64,000 bases of DNA from Candidatus Obscuribacteraceae bacterium (GTDB taxonomy: Bacteria; Cyanobacteriota; Vampirovibrionia; Obscuribacterales; Obscuribacteraceae): the NCBI GenBank assembly GCA_044226015.1, contig JBGAHS010000008.1, forward strand, positions 64,001 to 128,000, read 5' to 3'. Positions within the stretch are counted from its first letter, which is position 1. Each line of letters begins with the position of its first letter. The translations under genes and the position numbers were made by a program. Positions 9,463 through 19,700 of this stretch are shown here, in pieces. The notes below the pieces were generated by a model, which was not told the origin of the DNA, did no database searches, and was given only the letters and a program-made list of their open reading frames with translations.

Positions 9463-10437
9463 CTAGCCGTTGAGTTTCTTTAGCTCTTCAGTCAACTTTG
9501 GCACGACATCAAACACATCGCCTACGATACCGTAGCTGGCGTGTTTAAAGATTGGTGCTTCGGGGTCTTTGTTGATAGCAACAATAACCTTGGAAGAAGA
9601 CATACCAGCTAGATGCTGAATTGCTCCACTGATACCACATGCGATATAAAGTTGCGGGCTCACAACTTTACCTGTTTGACCAACTTGATGCTGGTGGTCG
9701 ATCCAACCAGCGTCAACAACAGCACGCGACGCACCGAGAGCAGCACCGAGCACAGAGCAGAGGTTCTGCAGAACGCCCCAGTTTTCTGGTCCCTTGATGC
9801 CACGTCCACCAGCGACGATAACGCTTGCTTCAGAAAGCTCAATCTTCTGTTCATCAGATACAGCTGTATGGGTGACTTTGGCGCGAACCTTATCAACAGC
9901 AACACTCATATCAACGATTTCAGCATGATGTCCATTTTCGGATTCGCTCATTTCGAACACGTTTGGGCGCAGTGTGATGAATGAGGTTTCCGATTTCAAA
10001 TCGAAGACGCCGCGTGTTTTGCCTGAGTACATCGGGTGTACTGGGCAAATCTTTTCGCCTTGAACTTTGAGTTCAGACACGTCAGTGACGCAAGCTGAAT
10101 CAAGTCTTGCAGCAACGCGAGGAATCAGATCCTTCGCCATCGATGTGTTAGCTGCAAACACGTAGCGTGGTGTAACTTGCTTGATAGCTGCAGTCAACGC
10201 TGCTGCGTAGGCTTCTGTTGAGTAAGAAGCGAATTGAGCATCATCAACAACCAAAATTTTGTCCGGCTTGCACTTATTTACAGTCGCGCTCAGAGTTTTG
10301 ATGTCAGAACCAACGATCAAAGCAATTACTGGTTCTTTTCCGCCAACTTGTCTTCTGGCTTCTGAAACAGCTTCCAGACTTGCCTTTCTGACTGCGCCAT
10401 TTCGTTGTTCAACGAAAATTAGAATGCCGCTTGCCAT
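9463..10437 (-). CDS. etfA: Electron transfer flavoprotein alpha subunit
   Basis: VAGGRG, LGASRAVVDAGW, QVGQTGKVVSPQLYIACGISGAIQHLAGM, AINKDPEAPIF. Confidence 0.96.
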   Translation of the reverse strand: MASGILIFVEQRNGAVRKASLEAVSEARRQVGGKEPVIALIVGSDIKTLSATVNKCKPDKILVVDDAQFASYSTEAYAAALTAAIKQVTPRYVFAANTSMAKDLIPRVAARLDSACVTDVSELKVQGEKICPVHPMYSGKTRGVFDLKSETSFITLRPNVFEMSESENGHHAEIVDMSVAVDKVRAKVTHTAVSDEQKIELSEASVIVAGGRGIKGPENWGVLQNLCSVLGAALGASRAVVDAGWIDHQHQVGQTGKVVSPQLYIACGISGAIQHLAGMSSSKVIVAINKDPEAPIFKHASYGIVGDVFDVVPKLTEELKKLNG

Positions 10438-10472
10438 TTCTATTCTCCTAAATACTTTGCTTGAAACTAAAC

Positions 10473-11255
10473 TTAGATGACCTGTGCTTCAGTCTTTAGA
10501 AGCTGAACGAGCGTTTTGACCTGTGTATCAGGGTCGCCCTCAATGAGTCTTCCTTGTGGACGCTCAGGTGGCGTAGCCATTTCAACAAGTTTCATTGCGG
10601 CATGGTCTCCGCCGATTTTACCGGCAAGACCGAGTGCATCAGCGTTTTTCACTGCGATTTCTTTGCGACGTGCAGCCATTACGCCTTTAATATTCGGATA
10701 GCGTGGTTCGTTCAAACCCTTTTGTGTGCTGAACAATGCAGGCAGGGTTCCTTCAACTGTTTCATGCGCACCTTCAATTTCTCTGTCAGCCTTGAATTTG
10801 CCGTCAGCGACTTCGAGTTTTGTTACTAAAGTTGCTTGCGGCAAATCGAGTAATTCGGCGAGCATGGAAGGAACTTGTCCATTGTCGCCACCGACGCCGG
10901 ACTGACCGAGGAAAATCAAATCATAGCCACCATCTTTGATGGCAGCAGCGAGAACCTTTGCAGTGCTCAGCGGGTCTAAATTGGCGAAGGATGGGTCATT
11001 CAAATGTGTTGCATTGTCAACGCCTCTTGCTAGAGCATCGCGCAAAACATCGGTGCACTCAGCACCACCCATGGAGAACACCATCGTTTCTCCGCCGTGT
11101 TTTTGCTTTTGCAAAAGTGCTTCTTCAATCGCGAACTCATCATACGGGCTGGCAACAATGCGAACACCGTTCAAGTCTATGCTGGTTTTGTCAGCAGAAA
11201 TGTTTATTTTTGATTCTGTGTCAGGGACAGCTTTGATACAAACTGCAATTTTCAA
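10473..11255 (-). CDS. etfB: Electron transfer flavoprotein beta subunit
   Basis: MKIAVCIKAVPD, PYDEFAIEEAL, LNEPRYPNIKGVMAA. TTG start with GGAGGA RBS. Confidence 0.96.
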   Translation of the reverse strand: MKIAVCIKAVPDTESKINISADKTSIDLNGVRIVASPYDEFAIEEALLQKQKHGGETMVFSMGGAECTDVLRDALARGVDNATHLNDPSFANLDPLSTAKVLAAAIKDGGYDLIFLGQSGVGGDNGQVPSMLAELLDLPQATLVTKLEVADGKFKADREIEGAHETVEGTLPALFSTQKGLNEPRYPNIKGVMAARRKEIAVKNADALGLAGKIGGDHAAMKLVEMATPPERPQGRLIEGDPDTQVKTLVQLLKTEAQVI

Positions 11256-11579
11256 GGGACGCTCCTCCTACGGGCACGCACTAGTCCTCGGCGATACACA
11301 GGATACGCCTGGAAACATATATAAGGTTGATTTTTACCGTTTTCCTTAATCACGAATAGCAATCATTTATTTTTCCTCTTCAGCAGGTCATCGACAGTCC
11401 TCCAGCCCTCGCTTGGCAAGCAAATACAAAAAACAGCCACGAACAAGCGAGGCTCAGGCTTTCAGGCAAGAATCAGCTTCGGTTGCAAGAAGAACAGATT
11501 ATTTGCGATATCGTTCACACGAAAATTAAGTAGTCATCCGACGTGGTAAAACATGAGAAACGGTACAAGGAGACAATCC

Positions 11580-11882
11580 ATGAAAGTGAGCTTTAGAAAA
11601 GCAGGCGGCTATGCTCCGGTTTTCGAAGGTTGCGAAATTGAAGTGGATAAGTTGCCACCGAACGAGGCTCAGCAACTTGAGGAACTTGTGCTCAACAGCA
11701 AGATCCTTCAACAAACGGGAAAGCGTCAGGATGGCGCACGCCATGTGCATCTATTCACATTTGATGTCGAGCATCAGGGACAGAAAAACAAAGTCACATT
11801 TGATCAAGTTAGCGTTCCAGACGAAGTCAAACCATTACTGGAATATTTGCTGGAACGTTCGAAAGACCTGATGCCGGACTAA
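11580..11882 (+). CDS. Emfourin-like protein (inhibitor family of protealysin/M4 metalloproteases)
   Basis: About 100 aa with pattern MKVSFRKAGGYA...LPPNEAQQLEELV...VTFDQVSVPDEVKPLLEYL. ATG 11580 has an AAGGAG RBS; the track ORF starts at 11553. Confidence 0.7.
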   Translation: MKVSFRKAGGYAPVFEGCEIEVDKLPPNEAQQLEELVLNSKILQQTGKRQDGARHVHLFTFDVEHQGQKNKVTFDQVSVPDEVKPLLEYLLERSKDLMPD

Positions 11883-12024
11883 TTTTACTTTGCTCCTGTG
11901 ATATAGGTTCAATGGTGGCTGCTCTTTTGCCAAAACAAACTTCCTTGTTAGCCACGCGAACGAAGGGCAAGAGTTCCGACATCCGCTCAATAAATTGGTA
12001 ATGTGAATCACAAGAATTCCCTTA

Positions 12025-15000
12025 TCAGCCAATCAAGCTGAGTTGCGAAGCACCGTCTTGTTTCGAGACTGCAATTTGCGTAGAGAACATCTCTTTGACT
12101 TCAGCAATATGAGTGACAACAATAATACGAGCGAAGTCAGATCGTATCGCTGATATTGCCTGGATTATTTTGTCTCGACTCTCCTCATCCTGCGAGCCGA
12201 AGCCCTCATCAATTATCAATGTCTCGAGCTTGGCGCCCGCCCTGCGAGCCAACAAGCGCGACATAGCGATTCTCAGCGCGAAGTTGACTTTGAAAGCTTC
12301 TCCACCTGAGTAAAGTTCGTAACTACGGGTTCCTAATTCATCAGCAATCAGAATATCAAGTGTCTCTACCGTGTTACCCTGCCGCGTCTTGGTTTGCGTC
12401 AACAAGCTGAGGTGCATACGATTATCAGATAGGCGGGACAAAAGACGGTTTGACTCTGCTTCAATTTCAGGCAAAGCGTTTTCAATAATGATTGCTTGGA
12501 TGCCCTTTTTACCAAAAGCCTCAGCCAGCATAGAGTATTCGCTAATTTCTCGAGCACATTCATCAAGAAGCTTCTTCTTTTCCTCAAATTCCAACCGGTC
12601 TTTTTTGAGCTGATTCATCTGCAAATCGAGCAACATTTTTCGCTTTGCACAGTCTTCTTTTCGCGTTAGAAGCTCATCTCGGAAGGAAATTTCAAAATCA
12701 AGGTCTTGCTTTCTTTGCGGCAATTCCTCTAACCTGCGCGACCAATCAAACAACTGTTGCTCAAGCAAGTTCAATTCAGATGCTTTCTCCTGCTTCCTTC
12801 CAATCAACTCTGTGAGTTGCTTTTCAATCTGAGGGAACTCCTCTCTTGCTGTTCGAATATCCCTGGCTTTCTCAAGCACCGGCATCAAGTCTGAAAGGTT
12901 CTGTTTTACTTGTTGATGGTGCTCTCGCTCATAGAAAAGCTCGGAGATTACTTTTGTCAGCTTCTCTATTTCAGCTCTTTCCACGCCTCCAAAAGTTGAG
13001 CTTGAAAGAGACTCGCTAATCTCATCGATTTTCTTTTGCGCAAGCGGCAGTTCTTCTTCTAACTGTTGTAACTCGGATAAGTCACGCTGTCCTTGTTGAT
13101 AGCGAATCTCAATGTGCCGTTGCGAACGCATCTGCGACTGCACACTTGAAAAAACGATAGGGTCAAAATCAAGTTTGGCAAGTTCTGCTTTAACTCTGAT
13201 GAGGCTCTCCTTTTCGACAGGAGCAAACGTATTGTTTTCTATGCTGTCCTTAGCCTTTTGCAGTTCATGTTGAAGAGAATCTCTCGTAAGCTCAGCCCTC
13301 TCAATTGCCTGTTGTCGCTCATTAAACTCCCCTATGCGAGTATCAATAAGCTTCCTTTCCGCGAGCTTTTTTCGCAATTCGATATATTGGCGCCGCAGAG
13401 AATCGCGCTCATCTGTGAGTTCATTTATCTTTAGTTCAATCGAGTCAATTTCTGAACCAGCATGCTGACTGTCTATTTGGTAGCGATCAATGACAGCCTT
13501 GCTATCAACAATTGGTGATCTACAAAGTGGACAGCTGCTCAAATCAGGCGACTGGCAGAGCTCATGCACACGCTCTTCGTTTTCCTTTATATGCTTCTGC
13601 AAGTTCTGAATCTGCTGTTGCAAGCTTTCAACTTGCGATTTTACTCTCAACCCTTTCTCTTCGATATATTCAAATTCTATTTCAGCTTGCTCAATTTGCT
13701 TAAGCTCTTCTTTGAGCGAATCCTGCTCGAACTCTATCGAATCGCGAGATTTTAGCAAATCGTCGAGATCGCGCAGCAACCCTTCCTTTTGTTGAACCTG
13801 AGCCTCAAGCCTCACACGAGCCTCGCTTATCATGGATTGCAATTCAGCAGCACGTGAGTTCAAAGCTGTATGGCTTTCACGCTTCTTTGACATTTCGAGT
13901 TCGGTATCTGATAGTTTCTTGAACTCAGCGTATTGTTGTTCAAGACGCGGCAAGTCCCTAGTTCCTTTCTTAAGAGCCGCAGCTCGAGCCTTCTTGGACT
14001 CCAAATTTTCCTTGAGATGGTCAAGTTCGACTTCAAGACGACCTTGAATCATAGCAAGCCGTGAATGATACTCCAATTTTTTTGAGTTCGCTTCATGAAA
14101 GGCATTGGCTTTCAAATCCAGCGCCTCTGACTCTTCCTTGACCCTTTCAAATTCAGCCAACTGAGCCATCACACACTTTTCGTTTTGTAAAAGAGTTGAG
14201 AAACGAACAGACTTCCGAATCAAATCGTCCATGGTGGCATCGATAAGTTTCAAGTCAGTTTTAAGTTGAACACCACGCTCAGCGGCAGATTCAACTCTCG
14301 CGTTTAAAACTTCATTTTGCGCCAAATCTGCATTATAGCGATTCACCTGCGCATTCGAAATTTCAAGTCGCTCGTCTATATCTTGGAGTTCCGAATTCAG
14401 CTGCTCGACTTCGTCTAAGGACTCACCTAATTCGGTATTCATTTCCGACTGTGCCGCCAGGCTGGCCTCAAGTATTTGCATCTTTCCTCGGCACATTTTC
14501 ATTTCTAGTCGGCAGCGGTCCTGCAGGCGGTCAAAATAATCGAGTCCTAGAATGTCTGCAAAAACTTGTTTTCTTTCATTGGGCGACCTGGTCGTAAATT
14601 CGTCAGCCTTTCCCTGGCGCAGATATACACTGGATATAAAAGTTTCAAAATCCATGTGCATCAATTCGCGCAGATTTTTCTGAGTTTCCCTCATATGGTT
14701 GGAGCTGAGGCTTTTCCAGCCTGGCGCATTCGCATCTCCGTTTCCGCAGCTATGATGATGAGCAAACCATGAGTCCTCATCACCGGTCCAAATCTGCAAA
14801 TCCATTTGCCCTCGAGAACTGATTTGCTGCCCAGATTTCCCGTATGATTTCTGACGTGCCCGACGCACGCGATACACCTGCCCCTCGAGGGAGAAGCACA
14901 TATCGACCCACATTTCTGTTTCACCCAAGCGAATTAATTCGTCCGAGCTTGCTCGCGCTTCTTCCCAGAGCGCCCATGTAATCGCATCAAGCAAAGCGGA

Positions 15001-15111
15001 TTTGCCGGCACCATTTGAGCCAGTAAGACAAGCAATTGCAACCGGCGTAAGGTCAAGCTTTGCGTCGGAATAGCTCATAAAATTGTGCAAAGACAACGTA
15101 TGAATGATCAC
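12025..15111 (-). CDS. sbcC: SbcC/Rad50 SMC-family ATPase
   Basis: Walker A GSNGAGKS, Q-loop YLRQG, long coiled coil with central CPLC zinc hook, signature YSGGE, Walker B IIDEGFGSQD, H-loop VVTH. Confidence 0.93.
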   Translation of the reverse strand: MIIHTLSLHNFMSYSDAKLDLTPVAIACLTGSNGAGKSALLDAITWALWEEARASSDELIRLGETEMWVDMCFSLEGQVYRVRRARQKSYGKSGQQISSRGQMDLQIWTGDEDSWFAHHHSCGNGDANAPGWKSLSSNHMRETQKNLRELMHMDFETFISSVYLRQGKADEFTTRSPNERKQVFADILGLDYFDRLQDRCRLEMKMCRGKMQILEASLAAQSEMNTELGESLDEVEQLNSELQDIDERLEISNAQVNRYNADLAQNEVLNARVESAAERGVQLKTDLKLIDATMDDLIRKSVRFSTLLQNEKCVMAQLAEFERVKEESEALDLKANAFHEANSKKLEYHSRLAMIQGRLEVELDHLKENLESKKARAAALKKGTRDLPRLEQQYAEFKKLSDTELEMSKKRESHTALNSRAAELQSMISEARVRLEAQVQQKEGLLRDLDDLLKSRDSIEFEQDSLKEELKQIEQAEIEFEYIEEKGLRVKSQVESLQQQIQNLQKHIKENEERVHELCQSPDLSSCPLCRSPIVDSKAVIDRYQIDSQHAGSEIDSIELKINELTDERDSLRRQYIELRKKLAERKLIDTRIGEFNERQQAIERAELTRDSLQHELQKAKDSIENNTFAPVEKESLIRVKAELAKLDFDPIVFSSVQSQMRSQRHIEIRYQQGQRDLSELQQLEEELPLAQKKIDEISESLSSSTFGGVERAEIEKLTKVISELFYEREHHQQVKQNLSDLMPVLEKARDIRTAREEFPQIEKQLTELIGRKQEKASELNLLEQQLFDWSRRLEELPQRKQDLDFEISFRDELLTRKEDCAKRKMLLDLQMNQLKKDRLEFEEKKKLLDECAREISEYSMLAEAFGKKGIQAIIIENALPEIEAESNRLLSRLSDNRMHLSLLTQTKTRQGNTVETLDILIADELGTRSYELYSGGEAFKVNFALRIAMSRLLARRAGAKLETLIIDEGFGSQDEESRDKIIQAISAIRSDFARIIVVTHIAEVKEMFSTQIAVSKQDGASQLSLIG

Positions 15112-15570
15112 AACTTGTTCACCCTGATTCTCCTCCTAACTACAAGACGCAAAAACTCCAAATAAAGTTCAAAATCTGCAGAAAGATTCGATAAGAAGAA
15201 AAACCTATAAATTTAGTCTACCAAGCAAGTTGCTATCTTGGCATAGAGCCTACGAAAAGCACTCAGCCGAGATCTAAAGTTTCGACCACGCAGTGTTTGT
15301 CGAAACCAAGGTGCGAATTAAAACACTGACCAAGAAAGTTATTGCAACCTATATCAAAATCGCATACCATACATATTTACGGATGCAGATTTGCTTGAAT
15401 TGAAGCGGTTTTTCGCTTCTGCGATTTTGGATGAGCTAATAATTAGCGACTGGCAGCACGCACACAAAAAAAAACTTTTCGGCACAACCATCAGCACCAC
15501 GAGTGGTGCCCTTCCCTCATCGCCCAACGCCAACAAAATCGTTTTCACAATGCTCCTGAGGGCTAAACTG

Positions 15571-16614
15571 ATGATACCGGAAATCGATCCTAAAATTGAT
15601 CTTGCTTTCAAATGGCTCTTCGGAAGAGAGAAAAACATTCCACTACTAATAGATTTGCTCAATGCCGTCTTGAAGCCACTACATACTTTTGAAGAGATAA
15701 TTTCTCTTGAATTGCTAAATCCTTTCAGCGAGCAAGACAGTCTCGACGACAAGCTTTCAATAGTAGACGTTAAAGCTCGCGATTGCACCGGCCGGCTGTT
15801 CGATGTAGAGATGCAGCTGCTTTTTGAGCGTTCACTAAAAGAACGGTTGCTTTTCTATTGGGCAGAACTGCACCAGCAGCAACTGCACTCGGGAGACACC
15901 TACAAGCAAGTACGACAAACCATAACGATATGTTTGTGCAACTTCATTATTTATCCCCAAACCGACGACTATTGTTTGCCCTTCGAGCTTTGTAATCGCA
16001 AAAATGACCTTCTTTTCAGTTCTGATATATTATTAGTGGTACTAGAACTACCGAAATTCAATCTAGCAGCTGAGAAAATCTCCAACCAATTGGAAGCATG
16101 GCTTTATTTCTTTCGTCATGCTCATCACTTGGATAGCGAAGACCTCCCAAAGCCCCTGTCCAACACAAAGATTCAAGAGGCCATTGAAGAACTAATTATG
16201 CTGAGTCAAGACGATTTAGAGAGAGAAAAATACAGGGCGCGAGTTCGTGTTCAAAGGGATGAACTGACTCGGTACCTTAATTATCAGGAAGACCTTCAAA
16301 ATTATGAAGAAATCGTTCGCAAGCATGAAGGAACCATTCGCAAGTATGAAGAAACCATTCACAAGCATGAAGAAACCTTGAAACATGCGCATGAGCAAGG
16401 TCTGGAGCAAGGTCTGGCACAGGTTCGTGACCGAGAGATAGGATTGCTTCTACGGCTTCTGAACAAGCGATTTGGCAAGATTCGTGAGGAAGTTGAAACA
16501 CAAATTCGGCAGCTTTCTATTATTCAAACTGAAACGCTTCTGGAAACCTTCCTTGATTCTGGCTCTCTTGAAGATCTCGAACAATGGTTAGCCCAAAATC
16601 TCAAAGCAGAATGA
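15571..16614 (+). CDS. Rpn-family recombination-promoting nuclease / PD-(D/E)XK nuclease with DUF4351-like C-terminus
   Basis: DPKIDLAFKWLFG, LLNAVL, IVDVKA..DVEMQ, LELPKF, WLYFF, EQGLEQG, LLNKRFG...LEDLEQWL. ATG 15571 has a GAGGG RBS; the track ORF extends to 15391. Confidence 0.9.
   Translation: MIPEIDPKIDLAFKWLFGREKNIPLLIDLLNAVLKPLHTFEEIISLELLNPFSEQDSLDDKLSIVDVKARDCTGRLFDVEMQLLFERSLKERLLFYWAELHQQQLHSGDTYKQVRQTITICLCNFIIYPQTDDYCLPFELCNRKNDLLFSSDILLVVLELPKFNLAAEKISNQLEAWLYFFRHAHHLDSEDLPKPLSNTKIQEAIEELIMLSQDDLEREKYRARVRVQRDELTRYLNYQEDLQNYEEIVRKHEGTIRKYEETIHKHEETLKHAHEQGLEQGLAQVRDREIGLLLRLLNKRFGKIREEVETQIRQLSIIQTETLLETFLDSGSLEDLEQWLAQNLKAE
16295..16416 (+). repeat. Coding 21-bp tandem repeat (about 4 units) plus 12-bp repeat x2 in the Rpn C-terminal region
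   Basis: TTCGCAAGCATGAAGGAACCA, TTCGCAAGTATGAAGAAACCA and TTCACAAGCATGAAGAAACCT at 16316-16378, a more degenerate unit at 16295-16315, and GAGCAAGGTCTG x2 at 16393-16416. Confidence 0.85.
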
Positions 16615-16723
16615 TGCGTTTCCGCCGGGTTGGATTTGTCATTCGCTAAACAGGAAACTAAAGTGTATCAAGGAGCATTCCGCGATGGTATCTTGATACA
16701 GACGGCGCTAAAAGCGACAACTG

Positions 16724-19700
16724 ATGAAGGCAAAACCTGCGGTTTTAACCAACCTACTTTTCTTCTGCTCTGGCTTCTCCTGCCTGGTATTTGAGGCGGT
16801 CTGGTCAAGGCTTTTGATTCGCGCACTCGGCGCTGGCAGCACTGCAAACGCCTGCGTTTTTTCAGCGTTCATGGCGGGGGCAGCGGTGGGGGCCTACTTC
16901 GCTTCGCAGCGCCCGGATCTTCTCGAGAAATGTGGCAGGTCGAAGAACTCCGTTGATGAAGCAAGCAACTATCTGCGCGCATACGGAAGAATGGAGCTCC
17001 TAGCTGGAACCGCCGGCATTGCCCTTTCAGCAGCACTCGCGCACGGCTCTAGCAGCAGCTTAGCTCAATTCATAGGATTGTTTCAGTTTAACGATTGGAT
17101 GGAAACTGCTGCAAGGTTTTTCAGTGCATTCTTTCTCTTGCTGCTCCCCTGCTCAGCCATGGGCGCCGGTCTTGCTGCCATAAGCTCCTACAACAAAAGA
17201 ATCGCAAAACATCAATCGTTTCCACTTCTATACGCGGCAAACACAGCAGGCGCAGCTTTAGGGTGTTGGAGCGTTGCATTTTGGTTCATCCCTCAACTTG
17301 GTCTACATTTTGCTTGGAGCCTCGCGGGAGTTTTAGCACTAATTGTTTTCATTTCAGCGGAAGTGCAAAGCAAGACAGAGCGCCGAGAAAAATACGAGTC
17401 GTCTGCAGAGAATTGTGCGCAAAGCACAGGTTCTAGCGAAGATTTATTGGATGAAAACCAGAGTCAAAAGATTCCAGGCTCGATCTTAGCGGCTGTAGCT
17501 CTGTCTGGAAGCACTGTTCTAATTCTGGAATTGATATGGACAAGAATCTTTTCTGTACTCCTGGGCGCTTCATCATACTCGCTGGGCATCGTACTTTTAA
17601 TTATTCTTTTGACTTGCAGTGCCTCGTCGTTCATGGTTTCCCGCCTGCGAATTTTTCAAGAAAAAACTACATCAAGCATCGCGATTTGTTTTTATCTAGC
17701 TGGCATCAGCATCCTTTTTGAAATGTACGCCGTGAATCTCATGCAAATGCTATTCATAAATATAAGTGGTTATCTTGCACCATTTCTAACGCAGGACATT
17801 CTTGCTCGAGTAATGATTGCTCGCTTTATACTGGGGCTTATTTTGATTGCTCCGCCAACATTTTTCCTGAGCGCCATTTTGCCCCTTGGAGTTCTTCACA
17901 CGTCTGCGAATTCAGGAAAACTAAACAACCATGCTAGCTTACTTTATTCCGTAAATTGCTTCGGTTCTGCTATTGGGTGTTTAGGATTCGCAGTTGCTCT
18001 ATTCCCGTTGCTGTCGAGCACAAGCAACTTCTCGCTTCAGCTTTCAATGCACATCCTCGCAGCGATCAGCCTCTTGACGAGCGCGGCTCTTGTGATTTAC
18101 TGCCAAGACAGTGACACTCAACAATGGAAATTTGCCAGATACACAACAGTCATGGGAGGGCTCGCACTCTCCTTCTTACTCGCCAATCAAATTCCAGAGT
18201 GGGATCAAAAAAATCTCAGTTCAGGAGCGCTAATTTATGGCAACAACATTGACAGCGCGAATGATACTCGAGAAATTATTGAACTTAAGGATGGCATCAA
18301 CAGTACAGTCGTTCTCGCAAAATCAGCCTCAAGCAACAGTCTGAGCCTGAGCAGTGACGGCAAAGTGGAATCGACCTTAGCGATTGACAGGTCCCTTATC
18401 TCTCCGGGCAGCGACCTGAGCACGCACATTATGCTCGGTGAATTGCCGATGCTCTTCCACAAACAACCCAGCAAAGACGTGCTCTTAATCGGCTTGGGTA
18501 GTGGAGTTAGTGCCAGTAGCATTCTTTCATTTCCCGGAGTGGAACATCTCACAGTGGCAGAACTGGAACCAGCTGTGATTAGTCTGTGCAAGAAATACTT
18601 GAACCAATTCAATGGAGGACTGTTCAGCAAGAAGTGTGCCGATAAACTGACAATTCGCGCCACGGATGCACGCTTTCTACTCAACTCAAACAACAGCAGA
18701 TTTGATGTAATAGTCTCACAGCCAGCAGACCCATGGGTGGCGGGCTCTGGTGATTTATTCACGCGCGAATTCTGGCAGCTGGGGAAAAATCGGCTCAGAG
18801 AGAATGGACTCTTCTGCCAATGGATTCAACTCTATGCAATTCCCAGCAAAGACTTGCTCTCCATAATAAATACATTTCAATCCGAATTTCCATCAACGTA
18901 CATTTTCCACGCACCTGGTGCAGGAGAAGTGATTCTGCTTGGTTCCACAGATCAAAATTTCAATTTTGAGGTAGCGGACACAAATGCAATAGAAGCGATC
19001 AATAATCGCATGGCAGCAGCAATAAAGGAAAACCGACTGCTCGCCAGTTCTGGCATTTCGTCATTCTATGATGCAGCCAGCATTGCCGAACGAATCGCAG
19101 TAGACTCTCATCCTTTCAATAAGCCGCTCCAGACCAATTCGGATAATCAGCCATTTATTGAGTTCAGCACAAGCAAATCAGTTCTGACAGGAGAGCAGCA
19201 GCTACAAAATAATCTTGACGTTCTCAAAGACCTAATTTCAACAAACTCCGCCACAAGCAAGTTCAAAGGTAATTCACATATTCATTGCGAGATGGCACGC
19301 GCATATGCGCGACTTTATCGAGCTGAGCAGGAACCTTTCAAAGCAAGAGCTGCGGCGCTGGCATTAATGGAAGTGCGGGTTGCTCAAAGATTGAGTTCAG
19401 ACGATGAAACAGCATGGACAAAAATACTTGTCGACCGAGCCTGCACTGCCCACCCTCCTTCAATCTCAGGCGAATCCAGCGCTGAGCATCGGATAGAAAG
19501 CAACAAGCCTTTAGATTATTGGAACAAACTTGCAGCTTTTGACAAGACTCTAGATAGCAAGAGTGAAGATGCAGCAAAGAGCGCAAAGTCAGTACTCAAT
19601 GCCATCCATGAAAACACGTCCGCAGCCTGGCTTCGACGGGGATTTTACGATTTAATGTTTGGCTCTACGAAATCAGCAAGAGATAACTTTGAACGAGCCC

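Noticed and set aside
15157..15172. LexA-like box upstream of sbcC (GAACtttaTTTG on the minus strand)
   Set aside because: Only one good half-site, and the host's LexA consensus is unknown.
15391..16614. Active transposon
   Set aside because: No terminal inverted repeats or target duplication were found, and Rpn proteins are not established transposases. The 60-codon extension from 15391 is probably not translated.
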